Assembly: GCA_965226375.1 (NCBI GenBank)
Contig: CBDDCX010000008.1
Location: 1,568,001 to 1,632,000, forward strand
DNA from: Longimicrobiales bacterium
GTDB taxonomy: Bacteria; Gemmatimonadota; Gemmatimonadetes; Longimicrobiales; Gaopeijiaceae
DNA length: 64,000 nucleotides
Reading direction: 5' to 3'
The position numbers were made by a program, and so were the translations under genes. Below, piece after piece: positions 41,125-51,305 of this stretch (position 1 is its first letter; each line of letters begins with the position of its first letter). The notes below the pieces were generated by a model. It had not been told where the DNA came from, did no database searches, and saw only the letters and a program-made list of their open reading frames with translations.

Positions 41125-42741
41125 CTAGAATCGGGACGCCCGAATCCAAGTGTCGGCGTGAGCCCATTCGGTCTCGAAGGCCCGCAGGGCCTCGTCGGCC
41201 TCAGCCGTGCGATCCTGAGCACGGAGCGCCTGCTCGAGCCCGAACAGTGACCATCCGTTATGAGGATGATCGGCTAGGGCGGCACGGTAGACCGTCTCGG
41301 CTTCGGCAGGCCGCTCGGCCTTGAGCAGGATCGCTCCCAGCCAGTGCCGCGCGGAAAAATTGAGGGGCTCCGGCTCGTCATACTGGAGTCCGTCCTCGAT
41401 CTCCACCGCCGTCTCTAGCACACCGATGGCCGCTGCGACATCTCCCTCTTCCCGCAGGATCTCAGCCTCGAGGATCCCCCCGACCACACCCATCAGGTCG
41501 GCCGCCGAGTGACCTCGGAAGGCGGCCTCCTGCTCCTCGCGTGCAACCGTCTGAACGGCGTCCAGATATCCTCTGGCTATCGCTACCTGGCCCATGCGGA
41601 GATGGGCATAGCCGACGCCGAAGTCCCCGAATCCCCTGAAGATCGGGTTGTCCGCATCGTTCTCCATCTCGAGGATTTCTTCGAAGCGACCGAAGCGCAG
41701 CTTGGTCAGCACCTCGTAGTACATCGCTCCGCCCGTGGATTTGGCGTAGTCCCGCCCGGCCTGAATGGCTACCGCCCCCTGGCCGCCCATCGAGGCCGCG
41801 AACAGGAGCATGTGCAGGTTGTGGCCGGGGTAGATGGCGAACCCTTCGCCGTACGCGGCCGCCTGATCGGAGTGGAAGGCCTGGATGTTGGAGCGCACGG
41901 CCTCTGCCCAACGCCCCACCCGATTATAGGTGTGAGACGGCATGTGGTTGATGTGGCTGGCGCCCGGAATCGAGTTTCCCAGATGGTCCGCGCAGGCCTC
42001 GGCCTTGTCGGGCCTGGTAGTCGATTCGGTGGCATGAATGTAGAGATGGCACACACCGGGATGGGTGATGTCCTGGGCGAGCGCGTCCTCCAGAATGCCA
42101 TGGATACGCTGGATCTCGGCCCGGTCACCGTCCCAGTTCCCCCTCCTCGGCTCCAGAAGCATGAGGCCCTCCCCATAGAGGAACCCTGCCTCCAGGTCGT
42201 TGGGGTGGTCGCTGTAGACCGCGGCCATGGCCTCGGCATAGGTCGTATCCACCGCGATCCGGGGGGTGCGATCGGTCCGGCCGATGTACCGGATGGCCAT
42301 GGTCTCGATCAGGTCCCGCTCTACCGCGCTGGCGTGGTCGGGAGCGTGCTCGAGAGCCTTTTCCATGGCCGCCTGCGCCCTGGGAAGTGACCCAGGCCCG
42401 ATGGCGCCGTTCATGAAGGGACCCCAGGCCCACGCCTCGCCCCAGTAGCACATCGCACACTCGGGGTCGAGGAGCTGCGCCTCGCGAAACGAGCGCGCGG
42501 CGTCTTCAGGCGTAAAGGAGTACATCAGCTGGATACCCTGGTCGAAGAACGCCTGGGCTTCGGGAGAGTCGGTGGTAACCGTCCGGGAGAACGGCCCCAG
42601 GCCCTTGGCGAAGAGTGGCATGGGCTCCTTGAAGCTCTCGGGCATCTCCAGATCGGAGTTCTCCTGGCCCGCCGCACTCCCCATGATGGTGACGAGGAGG
42701 AGGGCGGCGAGGGCCGAGGGGGCGGGTGATCTCCAAACCAT
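41125..42741 (-). CDS. Secreted TPR-like protein with conserved His motifs
   Basis: Signal peptide; AQAFFDQG, CAMCYWG, HLYIH, HINHMPSH and HPHNGWSLFGL motifs. Confidence 0.8.
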   Translation of the reverse strand: MVWRSPAPSALAALLLVTIMGSAAGQENSDLEMPESFKEPMPLFAKGLGPFSRTVTTDSPEAQAFFDQGIQLMYSFTPEDAARSFREAQLLDPECAMCYWGEAWAWGPFMNGAIGPGSLPRAQAAMEKALEHAPDHASAVERDLIETMAIRYIGRTDRTPRIAVDTTYAEAMAAVYSDHPNDLEAGFLYGEGLMLLEPRRGNWDGDRAEIQRIHGILEDALAQDITHPGVCHLYIHATESTTRPDKAEACADHLGNSIPGASHINHMPSHTYNRVGRWAEAVRSNIQAFHSDQAAAYGEGFAIYPGHNLHMLLFAASMGGQGAVAIQAGRDYAKSTGGAMYYEVLTKLRFGRFEEILEMENDADNPIFRGFGDFGVGYAHLRMGQVAIARGYLDAVQTVAREEQEAAFRGHSAADLMGVVGGILEAEILREEGDVAAAIGVLETAVEIEDGLQYDEPEPLNFSARHWLGAILLKAERPAEAETVYRAALADHPHNGWSLFGLEQALRAQDRTAEADEALRAFETEWAHADTWIRASRF

Positions 42742-42979
42742 GGTGGTATCTCCTGAAAGGCGGTAGCGGGATAAGGGAGGTGGCTGTAAGACGGTGAATC
42801 CGTTGAGGATCAACTAACTGTATAGTAGGTATCGTTATCAAGGAAGCACCAAGATGACCCCGCCCCGCTGGCCCTGCAACGGGCAAACCGTCCCCAGAGA
42901 GGACGATCACGCAAGCTGCCGTGGCGGCGTCATCACCCTAACTTGGAGGGAGACAAGACGTTATAACTACCCCCTCGAC

Positions 42980-42996
42980 TTGGCACGGGGGTTGCC
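42980..42996 (+). promoter_or_regulatory. Sigma-54 (-24/-12) promoter upstream of the Bor-like gene
   Basis: TTGGCACGGGGGTTGCC matches YTGGCACG-N4-TTGC. Confidence 0.7.
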
Positions 42997-43104
42997 GTCT
43001 GCCCCCCGAGGGAGCACCGCCCGCTGGTCTGCGCTCCCGGTACGGCAGAATCGGGGGCGTTCCTTCGTTCTCGTTTCAGGACTCAACTCTCAGGAGCAAA
43101 AGCA

Positions 43105-43545
43105 ATGCACCAGATGGGACGGGTGGCAGCAGCGCTGGGCCTGGTGATCGCAACGACAGGTTGTCACCAGCACACGTATACGGTCGGGCAGGGTGCACCG
43201 ACCGGTCCGGTGGTCTACGAGGAGTGGCAAAACCATTGGCTGGCTGGGCTCATCGGCGACAAGACGCTCGACGTGCCCCGGATCTGCCCCTCGGGCAACG
43301 CCACGATTCATGACGAGCAATCGTTTCTGAACGGCCTTGTGGCCACTTTGACATGGGGTATCTACTCGCCTACAACGGTCAAGATACGGTGCGACAGCGG
43401 CGATTCGGCCGCAGTAGCGCTCTCCGAGAGCCAGGTCATCGCCATCCTCACATCGCCGGCTTTCTTGGAGCGGGTCGAGACTGTGATGCCGGGACGGCTG
43501 GCCGAGGCGCAACTCGGAGTCCAAGCCCTGGAGCAGGACTTCTAG
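43105..43545 (+). CDS. Bor/Iss family lipoprotein with C-terminal extension
   Basis: Lipobox TTGC; WLAGLI, ICP and SFLNGLV...TWGIYSPTTVKIRC motifs; AGGAG RBS. Confidence 0.8.
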   Translation: MHQMGRVAAALGLVIATTGCHQHTYTVGQGAPTGPVVYEEWQNHWLAGLIGDKTLDVPRICPSGNATIHDEQSFLNGLVATLTWGIYSPTTVKIRCDSGDSAAVALSESQVIAILTSPAFLERVETVMPGRLAEAQLGVQALEQDF

Positions 43546-43559
43546 GGAGCCGTCGAGGG

Positions 43560-46500
43560 TCAACCCGAGTGCCCGCGCTCCAGGAGATCGTTCTCGGTAA
43601 CATAGGCCGCCAGCTCACCTCTGGAGCCGAGCTCCAGCTTCCGATAGATGTTGGAGAGGTGTGTGCTGACGGTGCGCCGGGCGATATCCAGCTCCTTGGC
43701 CACGGCCTTGTCGGATCTGCCCATCCCCACGAGACGGGCGATCTCGAGCTCACGCTGGGTAAGGCCGCCCGCCCCCTCACCGGCCGATCGGCTGGGGGGG
43801 CGGACGTCCAACTCACGGAACATGTCCCTGGTTTTCTGTAGTTCACCCTCGGCCTTCATCTTCAAGAAGGCGCCGTGCACGTACCTGAGCTCACGTAGGG
43901 CGCCGTCCCGGTCCCCAAGATCGGCCAGCCGTCCGGCGAGTTGTCTGCGTACGCGAGCGGCGTCGAACACCATGGGGAGCGCCTCGAGCTCCTCCGCAGC
44001 TTCACGCAGGGGGCCTGTGGACGCCTGAATGTCTCCGCCGTGCCACACACTGATCCCCTTGAAGGCTTTGCCCCACGCCATGGCCAAACGGTTACCCAGA
44101 AGCTTGCCGTAGTCGTTCAGACGTTGTTCGATGTGTACCGCCCCTGGGGCGTCGTGGAGCTCGAGGTACGCTTCGGCGATCAGGGGAAGCAGGCGATGTA
44201 CCGCCCAGACGATGAAGCCGGAGTTCTCGGCGATGGCCAGGCCCTGCTCACCTACCCGGATCGCTTCCTCGTACTGACCCTCGGCCACCAGACACGCCAC
44301 TTTGCCAATGTGCGCCGGGACCACCAGGTGCACCCGGAGCGTTTCCCCACGCGCCGCGCCCGACAGCTCCCAGGCCTCGTCGACACACTCCTTGCCGCGC
44401 TCGATCTCGCCCCGGCCGAAATAGATCAACGACAGGACGACCAGCAGCCGGGGCAGCAAGGCGTCCTGCCCGAGCACGCGGGCCTTCGCAACGGCTCGCT
44501 CTCCGAGCGCGATCCCCGTGTCCCACCGACCCGAAGCCGCCGCATGCTCGATAAAGATCTCGGCCGTCCAAAGCTCGAGCACAGGTGACCGGAGTTCCTC
44601 CGCCAGCTCCTGGCAGCGGTGGATGTGCGCGTCCATCGTCTCCGCGTCGCCGAGGAGCCCTTCCTGGACCGCGAGCTGCCAGTACACCCAATAGGTGACG
44701 TGAGCGTCGCCGGCGGCCTGGGACAGCGGAATGGCTTCGCTTCCATGCTCGCGGACCCTCTCGGGCTCGCCCAGCCAGGTATGGAGGATCATCAATCCCC
44801 GGTGCACTCGAGCGAGCAGGCCCGGGTCCGACACCGACCCGGCCAACTCCAGCGCGGCTTCCATCTCCGTCTGGGCTTCCTCGGCCCGTCCTTCGGATTG
44901 CAGCGCATTTCCCGTATGGAGCCGTAAATGAGCTTCGACCACCGGATCCGACGCCGCCTCTGCCCGCTCCAGACCGAGCTCGTAGGCGGCCAGCGCATCG
45001 TCATAGCGACCCCTGAAGTAGGCACCCTGCCCGATGCGCCCATAGAGACGTGCGGCCCGAGCGTCCTCGCCACCCTCGAGCGCCAGGGCCAGCGCCGCCT
45101 GCCAATGCTCGGCCGCGGCGCCATAGTCCCCCGAGCGTTGGAGGGCCCGAGCCATATCCTCCTGCAGGGACAACAGGTCCAACTCCGCCCCGCCGTCATC
45201 GTCGGCCTGACCAGCACCGGCAACTCGGGAAAGGGCGTCCCTGAGAAAGGCAACGGCCTCACGGTCGGCTCGCCGGGACAACGCCTCTCGACCCGCCGCT
45301 GCGAGGTACTGGAGAACGCGAAGGTCGTTGGAGCCGGCCCGAGAGAAGTGGTAGGCCAGCTGGTGAGTTCGGTCATCCAGAGCGCCGCCCACCTCCCCCT
45401 CGAGCGCCTCACCGATCGCCCGATGAAGACCGCGGGCTCGGGCAAGGCCGATATTGTCGTAGATGACTTCTCCCACGAGCGAATGGGCGAAACGGTAGAC
45501 GATGGCCGCCCCTTCGGCCGACTCCTCCACGAGTTGCTTGGCACGGAGCTCGTCGATGCCACCCAGAAACGTGTCCTCAGCCAGTCCGGTGACCTCACGG
45601 AGCAACTCATAGGTCGCACTGGTTCCCGCCACGGCCACCACATGAGCAATCTGAGTCGCGGGGGGCGACAACTTGCCGACCCGGGCCGTAACGGCCTCGG
45701 TCACCGAGTCGGGTAACTGCAGGTCCTCAGCCTCCCAACCCAACCAGGTGCCGTCGCGCAGGTACAGACTCCCCGCGTCGACCATGGCCTTGAGGATCTC
45801 ACTGACAAAGTGAGGATTCCCGCCAGCGCGCGCGTGGACGCGCTCCGACAGGCCCTCGGAAACGCCGGGCTCCACATCGAACACACGCCGGACCAACTCA
45901 CCCGTGATCTCCGTCGAGAACGGCCGGACGTCCAGAGATGAAGCGTTCTGAACGGACAGGAGGGCACTCTCCATGGCCTCGAAGTCCGCGTTCTCGACCT
46001 TCTGCTCGACATTGTACGCGCACAGGAGCAGAACAGAGGATTCGGCGAGATGTCGGGTGATGAAGTGAAGCAGATCGAGACCGGAGGGGTCGCTCCAGTG
46101 GACGTCGTCTAGAACGACGAGGACCGGCTGCTTATCGCCCAGGCGGCGCAGGAACTCGGTGAAGTTCCAATGGATCCGCGTCTGCAACTCACCGGGCTCG
46201 CCGGTGTCCGAGACGGAACCCTCGCCGGTCCCGATTCCGGGGGCGGGCACGACGCGTGCGAGCTCCTCTTCCCCGCCGCGCGTAAGCACCGAGAGGGTAG
46301 AGGCGTCCATCTCTCGGAGCACCGGCAGAAAAGCATTCGACCAGAGACCGTAGGGGGCGCCCGTCTCCACCCTATAGGCCTGCCCCCGCACGATCCGAAA
46401 GCCGAGCCGGTTCGCCTCTTCGGCCGCGGCGACCGCTAGGCGGGATTTGCCTATGCCCGTGGTGCCCCTCAGAAAGACGGCCCCGCCGGCGCCAGACGCT

Positions 46501-46580
46501 GCGTTGGCGAGGGCAGATCCGAGAAGAGCCAGCTCCTCGGACCGTCCGATAAGGGGGAGGGCAGGAAGGATATTAGCCAT
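43560..46580 (-). CDS. STAND-type AAA ATPase + TPR + LuxR-HTH transcriptional regulator
   Basis: GRSEEL, Walker A GTTGIGKS, Walker B VLDDVHWSD, GNP, and C-terminal LTQRELEIA...TVSTHLSNIYRKL. Confidence 0.92.
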   Translation of the reverse strand: MANILPALPLIGRSEELALLGSALANAASGAGGAVFLRGTTGIGKSRLAVAAAEEANRLGFRIVRGQAYRVETGAPYGLWSNAFLPVLREMDASTLSVLTRGGEEELARVVPAPGIGTGEGSVSDTGEPGELQTRIHWNFTEFLRRLGDKQPVLVVLDDVHWSDPSGLDLLHFITRHLAESSVLLLCAYNVEQKVENADFEAMESALLSVQNASSLDVRPFSTEITGELVRRVFDVEPGVSEGLSERVHARAGGNPHFVSEILKAMVDAGSLYLRDGTWLGWEAEDLQLPDSVTEAVTARVGKLSPPATQIAHVVAVAGTSATYELLREVTGLAEDTFLGGIDELRAKQLVEESAEGAAIVYRFAHSLVGEVIYDNIGLARARGLHRAIGEALEGEVGGALDDRTHQLAYHFSRAGSNDLRVLQYLAAAGREALSRRADREAVAFLRDALSRVAGAGQADDDGGAELDLLSLQEDMARALQRSGDYGAAAEHWQAALALALEGGEDARAARLYGRIGQGAYFRGRYDDALAAYELGLERAEAASDPVVEAHLRLHTGNALQSEGRAEEAQTEMEAALELAGSVSDPGLLARVHRGLMILHTWLGEPERVREHGSEAIPLSQAAGDAHVTYWVYWQLAVQEGLLGDAETMDAHIHRCQELAEELRSPVLELWTAEIFIEHAAASGRWDTGIALGERAVAKARVLGQDALLPRLLVVLSLIYFGRGEIERGKECVDEAWELSGAARGETLRVHLVVPAHIGKVACLVAEGQYEEAIRVGEQGLAIAENSGFIVWAVHRLLPLIAEAYLELHDAPGAVHIEQRLNDYGKLLGNRLAMAWGKAFKGISVWHGGDIQASTGPLREAAEELEALPMVFDAARVRRQLAGRLADLGDRDGALRELRYVHGAFLKMKAEGELQKTRDMFRELDVRPPSRSAGEGAGGLTQRELEIARLVGMGRSDKAVAKELDIARRTVSTHLSNIYRKLELGSRGELAAYVTENDLLERGHSG

Positions 46581-46865
46581 AAGAGATCCTACCCGAGACG
46601 AAGTCATGCATACTCCCGCATCCCACGCACGAGCACAAGCCCCGGATGCTAATAGCGACCGAGCGAACAGCCCGCCAGTCGGGCAACCCGATCGCGCGCA
46701 TAAGCGACTAATTCAGGAGCGCTGGACAAGCCAACGAGCGTTTCTTAGACTTCGCGCGGCTCGGCACGAACAGCGTCAGGCCACGGCCGCGTATGCGTGC
46801 TTAGGCGCCGACGCGGCTTCTCGTTGCTCATATGATGAACTCCATTGCCAGGAGAGACGGCTGGG

Positions 46866-47945
46866 ATGATAGCTGTTGAGGGAGTAACCAAGCGTTTTGG
46901 TGATCTCATTGCGGTTCGTGACCTCGACTTCGAGGTCGACCGGGGCGAGGTAGTGGGCTTTCTGGGGCCGAACGGGGCGGGAAAGACCACCACCATGAGA
47001 ATGCTCACGGGCACGCTGGAACCCGACGAGGGCCGGGTGCTGTTCGACGGCGTCCCCATCGGGAATGACCTTACGGGCGCCAAGGAGCGCGTCGGATATC
47101 TGCCCGAGGCGAACCCGCTGTACGACGAGATGCTCGTAGCGGAGTACCTCGAGTATGCGGCTCGGCTGAGGATGCTCGAGGGGGCCCCGGCTCGCTCTGC
47201 CATCTCCGACGCGGTCGACGAGACGGGCAGCACTGAGGTGTTCTTCCGTCCGATCTCGGAGCTCTCCAAGGGATACCGCCAGCGTGTAGGACTGGCCGCG
47301 GCCATCCTACACCATCCCGAGATCCTCGTCCTCGACGAGCCCACCGAGGGCCTCGATCCCAACCAGCGTGTGGACATTCGCAATCTCGTCAGCGCGCTGG
47401 GGCGTGAGCGTACCGTGCTCCTGAGCACCCACGTCATGCAGGAAGTGGAAGCGACCTGTACCCGCCTCATCATCATCAGTCGCGGACAGCTGGTGGCGAA
47501 CGGGGCGGTCAACGATCTGATCGCCGCCGGCCGAGGCCTGTCCACCTATGTGGTGGAGGCAGCCGGCCAAGGCGTGACCGACTCCTTGAGTCGGCTTCCC
47601 GGGGTCGATTCGCACACCTCTGAAGACCTGGAGGATCGCACGCGCGTGCGCCTCTCCGTGGCGGGCGAAGGAGAGCTTCGACCCGAGATTTTTCGCATGG
47701 CCACAGAAAAACAGTGGGTCCTTTGGGAGCTGCACCGGGAGAGGGCCACGCTGGAGCAGATCTTCCGCGAGCTGACGGCCGACTCGGGCACGACCGGCCT
47801 GGATCATGACGCGGAGACCGAGGGAGGCACCGCAGAGACTGCGGACAGTTCCACTGAGGGTTCACCCGCAGACGGGGAGGCCGGGCCAGCCGAAACGGGG
47901 GATCCCAGCCCCGCGGCTGCAGACGACAGCGAGGTGTCGTCATGA
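46866..47945 (+). CDS. ABC transporter ATP-binding protein (GldA-like)
   Basis: GPNGAGKTT, LSKGYRQRVGLA and LDEPT motifs. Confidence 0.93.
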   Translation: MIAVEGVTKRFGDLIAVRDLDFEVDRGEVVGFLGPNGAGKTTTMRMLTGTLEPDEGRVLFDGVPIGNDLTGAKERVGYLPEANPLYDEMLVAEYLEYAARLRMLEGAPARSAISDAVDETGSTEVFFRPISELSKGYRQRVGLAAAILHHPEILVLDEPTEGLDPNQRVDIRNLVSALGRERTVLLSTHVMQEVEATCTRLIIISRGQLVANGAVNDLIAAGRGLSTYVVEAAGQGVTDSLSRLPGVDSHTSEDLEDRTRVRLSVAGEGELRPEIFRMATEKQWVLWELHRERATLEQIFRELTADSGTTGLDHDAETEGGTAETADSSTEGSPADGEAGPAETGDPSPAAADDSEVSS

Positions 47946-50179
47946 AGCGCACCTGGAACGTGGCACGACGAGAGGTCGGCACCTTTTTCGACCACCCCAC
48001 CGCGTACATCCTGGTCGTGGCGTTCCTGGGCCTGGGGCTCTTCCTGACCTTTCGCACGCTCTATGCGGCAGGGATCGCCACCATGCGCCCGTTCTTCGAC
48101 ATGCTGCCCTGGCTCTTTGCCGTCTTCATTCCCGCCATGACCATGCGCTCTCTGGCCGAGGAACGGAGGAGCGGCACCCTGGAATGGCTCCTGGCCCATC
48201 CCCTCGGCGAGGCCGAGGTGATCGCGGGCAAGTTCTTGGGCAATTGGATCTTCGCACTCATCGCCTTGGCGGGAAGCCTTCCTACGGCGATAGGACTTCT
48301 CATGGTATCCGAGGCCGACGCCGGCATCATGGCTGCCCAGTACATCGGAGCCGGACTGCTCGCGGGACAAGGGGTGGCGGTGGGTCTTTGGGCCTCGAGC
48401 CTTACCCGGAACCAGATCACGGCGTTCATGATCGCGGCGTCGCTGTCGTTCTTCCTGGTGCTGATCGGTACTCCCGTCGTGCTCATCGGACTTCCACCCA
48501 CGTTGGGAGCCGCCGTCTCGCGCCTGTCCGTGGTCGGGCACTTCAGCAACGTGGCCCGAGGTGTGGTGGACCTGCGTGACGTCATCTACTTCCTGTCAAC
48601 CACAGCTCTTTTCCTGTTCTTGGCCATAGGGCATATGAGCCGAGATCGCCTTTCACTCGGGCGCGGTGCGTACCGCCGTCTCCGGACGGGTACCGCGGCT
48701 CTGGTAGCGGCGGTCGTGGTGCTGAACCTCCTTGGCGGCAACATCCGGGGGCGTTTGGACCTGACCAGTGCCGGCCTCTACACGCTCGCCGACGGAACGC
48801 GGGAGATCCTGGCGGATCTGGACGACATCGTCACGCTCAAGTTGGTCATTTCGGATGAACTCCCGACCGAACTGATTCCTGCCCTCCGCGACGTACGAGA
48901 CCTGGTCTCCGACCTGCGCAGGGCCGCGGGGGGACAGCTCGTCGTGGAGAACATCAACCCGGACGACGACGAGGATCTGGCGGCGGAAGCGCGTGCGTTA
49001 GGCATCACACAGAACGAGTTCAACGTCCTCAGGGATGACGAGTTCGAGATACGCCGTGGATGGTTCGGACTCGCCCTTCTCTACGCCGATCAACGCGAAG
49101 TCATTCCGTACATCAACCGGACCGACGACCTGGAATTCCGCATTGTTTCGAGCGTCTCCACGATGACTACCGTTGTGAAACCCAAGGTGACGTTCCTTAC
49201 GGGGTTCGGGGCGGAAGGCGCCAACGTCTTCCCGTCTTTTCAGCGGAGCCTGGCCGAACGATACGAGATCGGCACCGCCGACCTGTCCGGCGACTCACTG
49301 CCCCAGCTCGACTCGGACACGACTGACATCGTGGTCCTGGCCGGCCCGGACCAACAGATGCCCGCCGAGGTGGTGCAACGTGTGCGCTCGTACGTCGAAG
49401 AGGGTGGGGCCGCGCTTTTGCTCATGGACATGAATCAGGTCTCGCAGGAGTCGCCGGTCACCGTCTCGGTCCGGACGGGGCTCGAGGGCTTTCTGGAAGA
49501 CAACGGGATCCGCCTAGACGCCGGGATGGCCCTGGACTACAGCTCGAACTCCAACATCTCCATGGGTAGGCAGGGAATCTTCAATGTGGTGCGCCCCTAC
49601 CCCCTGTGGCCCATCGCGCTGAGGGGAGATGACCACACGACCACCCGGGACTTGAGTAACCTGAGCATGGGCTGGGCCACAGCCATCACGGTCACGGACA
49701 GCTCAGCCGTGCAGAGGCTCTGGGTGACCAGCGAGGCCGGCGATATCCAGCCTCCCGGCGGGCTGATCATGCCCGATGCACTCGTCGAGCCCGATCCCGA
49801 CAATCTCCAGTCTGTGACACTCGCCGTTGCACTGGGAGCCGGTGCCGAAGGGGAGCAGGGCGAGTCGGCCACGACGGCCGGCCGCATGATCGTGGTCGGG
49901 GACGTGGACTTCTTGCAGGAGCAGTTCGTCCGATCCAACCCACAGAACCTGATCTTTGCCGCCAACGCCATAGACTGGCTCGCTCAAGACGAGGCGCTCA
50001 TCGACATCCGCTCCAAGACCAGAACGCCTCCGGCCATGGCGTTCACGTCGGACTTCCAGAAGATGGCCCTGAAGTGGGGGAATCTGGTCGGTGTGCCACT
50101 GTTGTTCGTGTTGGGGGGCACGGCGCGGGTCACGGGTCGGCGACGCAGGGCAGAGTCACGCTGGGAGGAGATGACCTGA
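47942..50179 (+). CDS. Fused ABC-2 permease (GldF-like) + GldG-like auxiliary domain
   Basis: AEERRSGTLEWL and SSLTRNQI motifs, then RLDLT...YTL and N-x-IFAANAIDWL. Confidence 0.88.
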   Translation: MKRTWNVARREVGTFFDHPTAYILVVAFLGLGLFLTFRTLYAAGIATMRPFFDMLPWLFAVFIPAMTMRSLAEERRSGTLEWLLAHPLGEAEVIAGKFLGNWIFALIALAGSLPTAIGLLMVSEADAGIMAAQYIGAGLLAGQGVAVGLWASSLTRNQITAFMIAASLSFFLVLIGTPVVLIGLPPTLGAAVSRLSVVGHFSNVARGVVDLRDVIYFLSTTALFLFLAIGHMSRDRLSLGRGAYRRLRTGTAALVAAVVVLNLLGGNIRGRLDLTSAGLYTLADGTREILADLDDIVTLKLVISDELPTELIPALRDVRDLVSDLRRAAGGQLVVENINPDDDEDLAAEARALGITQNEFNVLRDDEFEIRRGWFGLALLYADQREVIPYINRTDDLEFRIVSSVSTMTTVVKPKVTFLTGFGAEGANVFPSFQRSLAERYEIGTADLSGDSLPQLDSDTTDIVVLAGPDQQMPAEVVQRVRSYVEEGGAALLLMDMNQVSQESPVTVSVRTGLEGFLEDNGIRLDAGMALDYSSNSNISMGRQGIFNVVRPYPLWPIALRGDDHTTTRDLSNLSMGWATAITVTDSSAVQRLWVTSEAGDIQPPGGLIMPDALVEPDPDNLQSVTLAVALGAGAEGEQGESATTAGRMIVVGDVDFLQEQFVRSNPQNLIFAANAIDWLAQDEALIDIRSKTRTPPAMAFTSDFQKMALKWGNLVGVPLLFVLGGTARVTGRRRRAESRWEEMT

Positions 50180-51102
50180 TGAGTGAACAAACTCTGAAGA
50201 AGATCCTGATCGCCCTCGCGGTACTCATCGGGCTCTGGGGCGTCTCTTCTCTCTTGTCCGGCCGGGGCGGCGGCGGGCCGTCCGTGACGAACGGTGGTGT
50301 GGCGGCGGCACTCGAGGGGTTGGACGGCACCAACGTGGAATCCGTCCACATCGAGGGACCCCTTGCCACATTGACGTTGGAGCGTGGCGGTGGCGGCTGG
50401 ACCGTCAACGGCTACGCGGCCGACTCGGCCGCGGTGGTCCGACTTTGGGACGCTTTGGCCGGCTCGGAAGTGGGTAGGGTGGTCGCGACCAATCCGGCCA
50501 ATCACGCACGCATGGGGGTGTCCGCGGACAGCGCCTGGTCGGTCGAGTTGACGCGATCGGGAGGCGCAGTTTCGAGCGTACTGATCGGCAAGAGTGGGCC
50601 CACGTACCCAAGCACGTATGCGCGTCTTCCGGGCCAGGACGACGTTGTGGTGGTCTCTGGCGACCTCAGGTCGGCGGTGGCCCGTGGTGTGGTGGCCTTG
50701 CGAGACAAGACCATCTTGCGCACGGACACGGCTTCTGTGGCCCGCGTGGTCATCGACACAGAGAGTGGCCCGTTCAGTCTGGAGCGGCCCGACAGCGTGT
50801 GGGTGCTGGACGGTGAAGTCGCCGCCGCCATCGCCGTGGGCAACCTCATGCGCGAACTCAACCGTCTGGTGGCGACCGGGTTCGTCGAGGATGGCCTGGC
50901 TGCCGAGGAGGATCCGAGGCGTGTAACCGCCCTTGACGCCTCCGGAGACACGTTGACGACGGTACTGATATCCGGAACGGAGAGCACCCGGCACGCCCGG
51001 GTGCCGGGTAGCGATGTGGTGTTCGAGATTCCTAGCTGGAGGGTCGATCGCATCGCCCCGAGCATGGAAACGCTAGTACCGACGGAGGACGGGGGCGGCT
51101 GA
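50179..51102 (+). CDS. DUF4340-type periplasmic protein of the Gld-like ABC operon
   Basis: N-terminal TM anchor, IGKSGP, YAR and LRDKTIL motifs; usual operon position. Confidence 0.75.
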   Translation: MSEQTLKKILIALAVLIGLWGVSSLLSGRGGGGPSVTNGGVAAALEGLDGTNVESVHIEGPLATLTLERGGGGWTVNGYAADSAAVVRLWDALAGSEVGRVVATNPANHARMGVSADSAWSVELTRSGGAVSSVLIGKSGPTYPSTYARLPGQDDVVVVSGDLRSAVARGVVALRDKTILRTDTASVARVVIDTESGPFSLERPDSVWVLDGEVAAAIAVGNLMRELNRLVATGFVEDGLAAEEDPRRVTALDASGDTLTTVLISGTESTRHARVPGSDVVFEIPSWRVDRIAPSMETLVPTEDGGG

Positions 51103-51305
51103 TCCCGGGCGCGCCCGTCGCACCTGGGTCAGGATCACGGCTGACTCGCGGGATCCGCTTGGGCGGATCCGTGTATTGCGTGAGTGTTCCGAGCGTATCA
51201 TCCCTTAACGGAGCCGTGTGCTCGGGGGTCTCTAGGTTACAGGGACAAACACTCCGGGTCGGCCACCGTCCATGCTCGGGAACCCGTCACCTCAGGAGAA
51301 CATCC

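Noticed and set aside
42875..42997. Resemblance to a c-di-GMP-I (GEMM) riboswitch: GGGCAAACC-stem-ACGCAAGC...GGGGTTGCCG
   Set aside because: It lacks the GNRA tetraloop/receptor pair and needs a long insertion, and the 3' part is better explained as a sigma-54 promoter. An Infernal search with the c-di-GMP-I model would settle it.
43105..43545. Bor-like gene as a prophage marker
   Set aside because: There are no phage structural, lysis or integrase genes in the window.
46866..51102. Gld-like ABC operon as evidence of gliding motility
   Set aside because: GldA/F/G-like systems with DUF4340 are widespread in non-gliding bacteria, and no other motility genes are present here.
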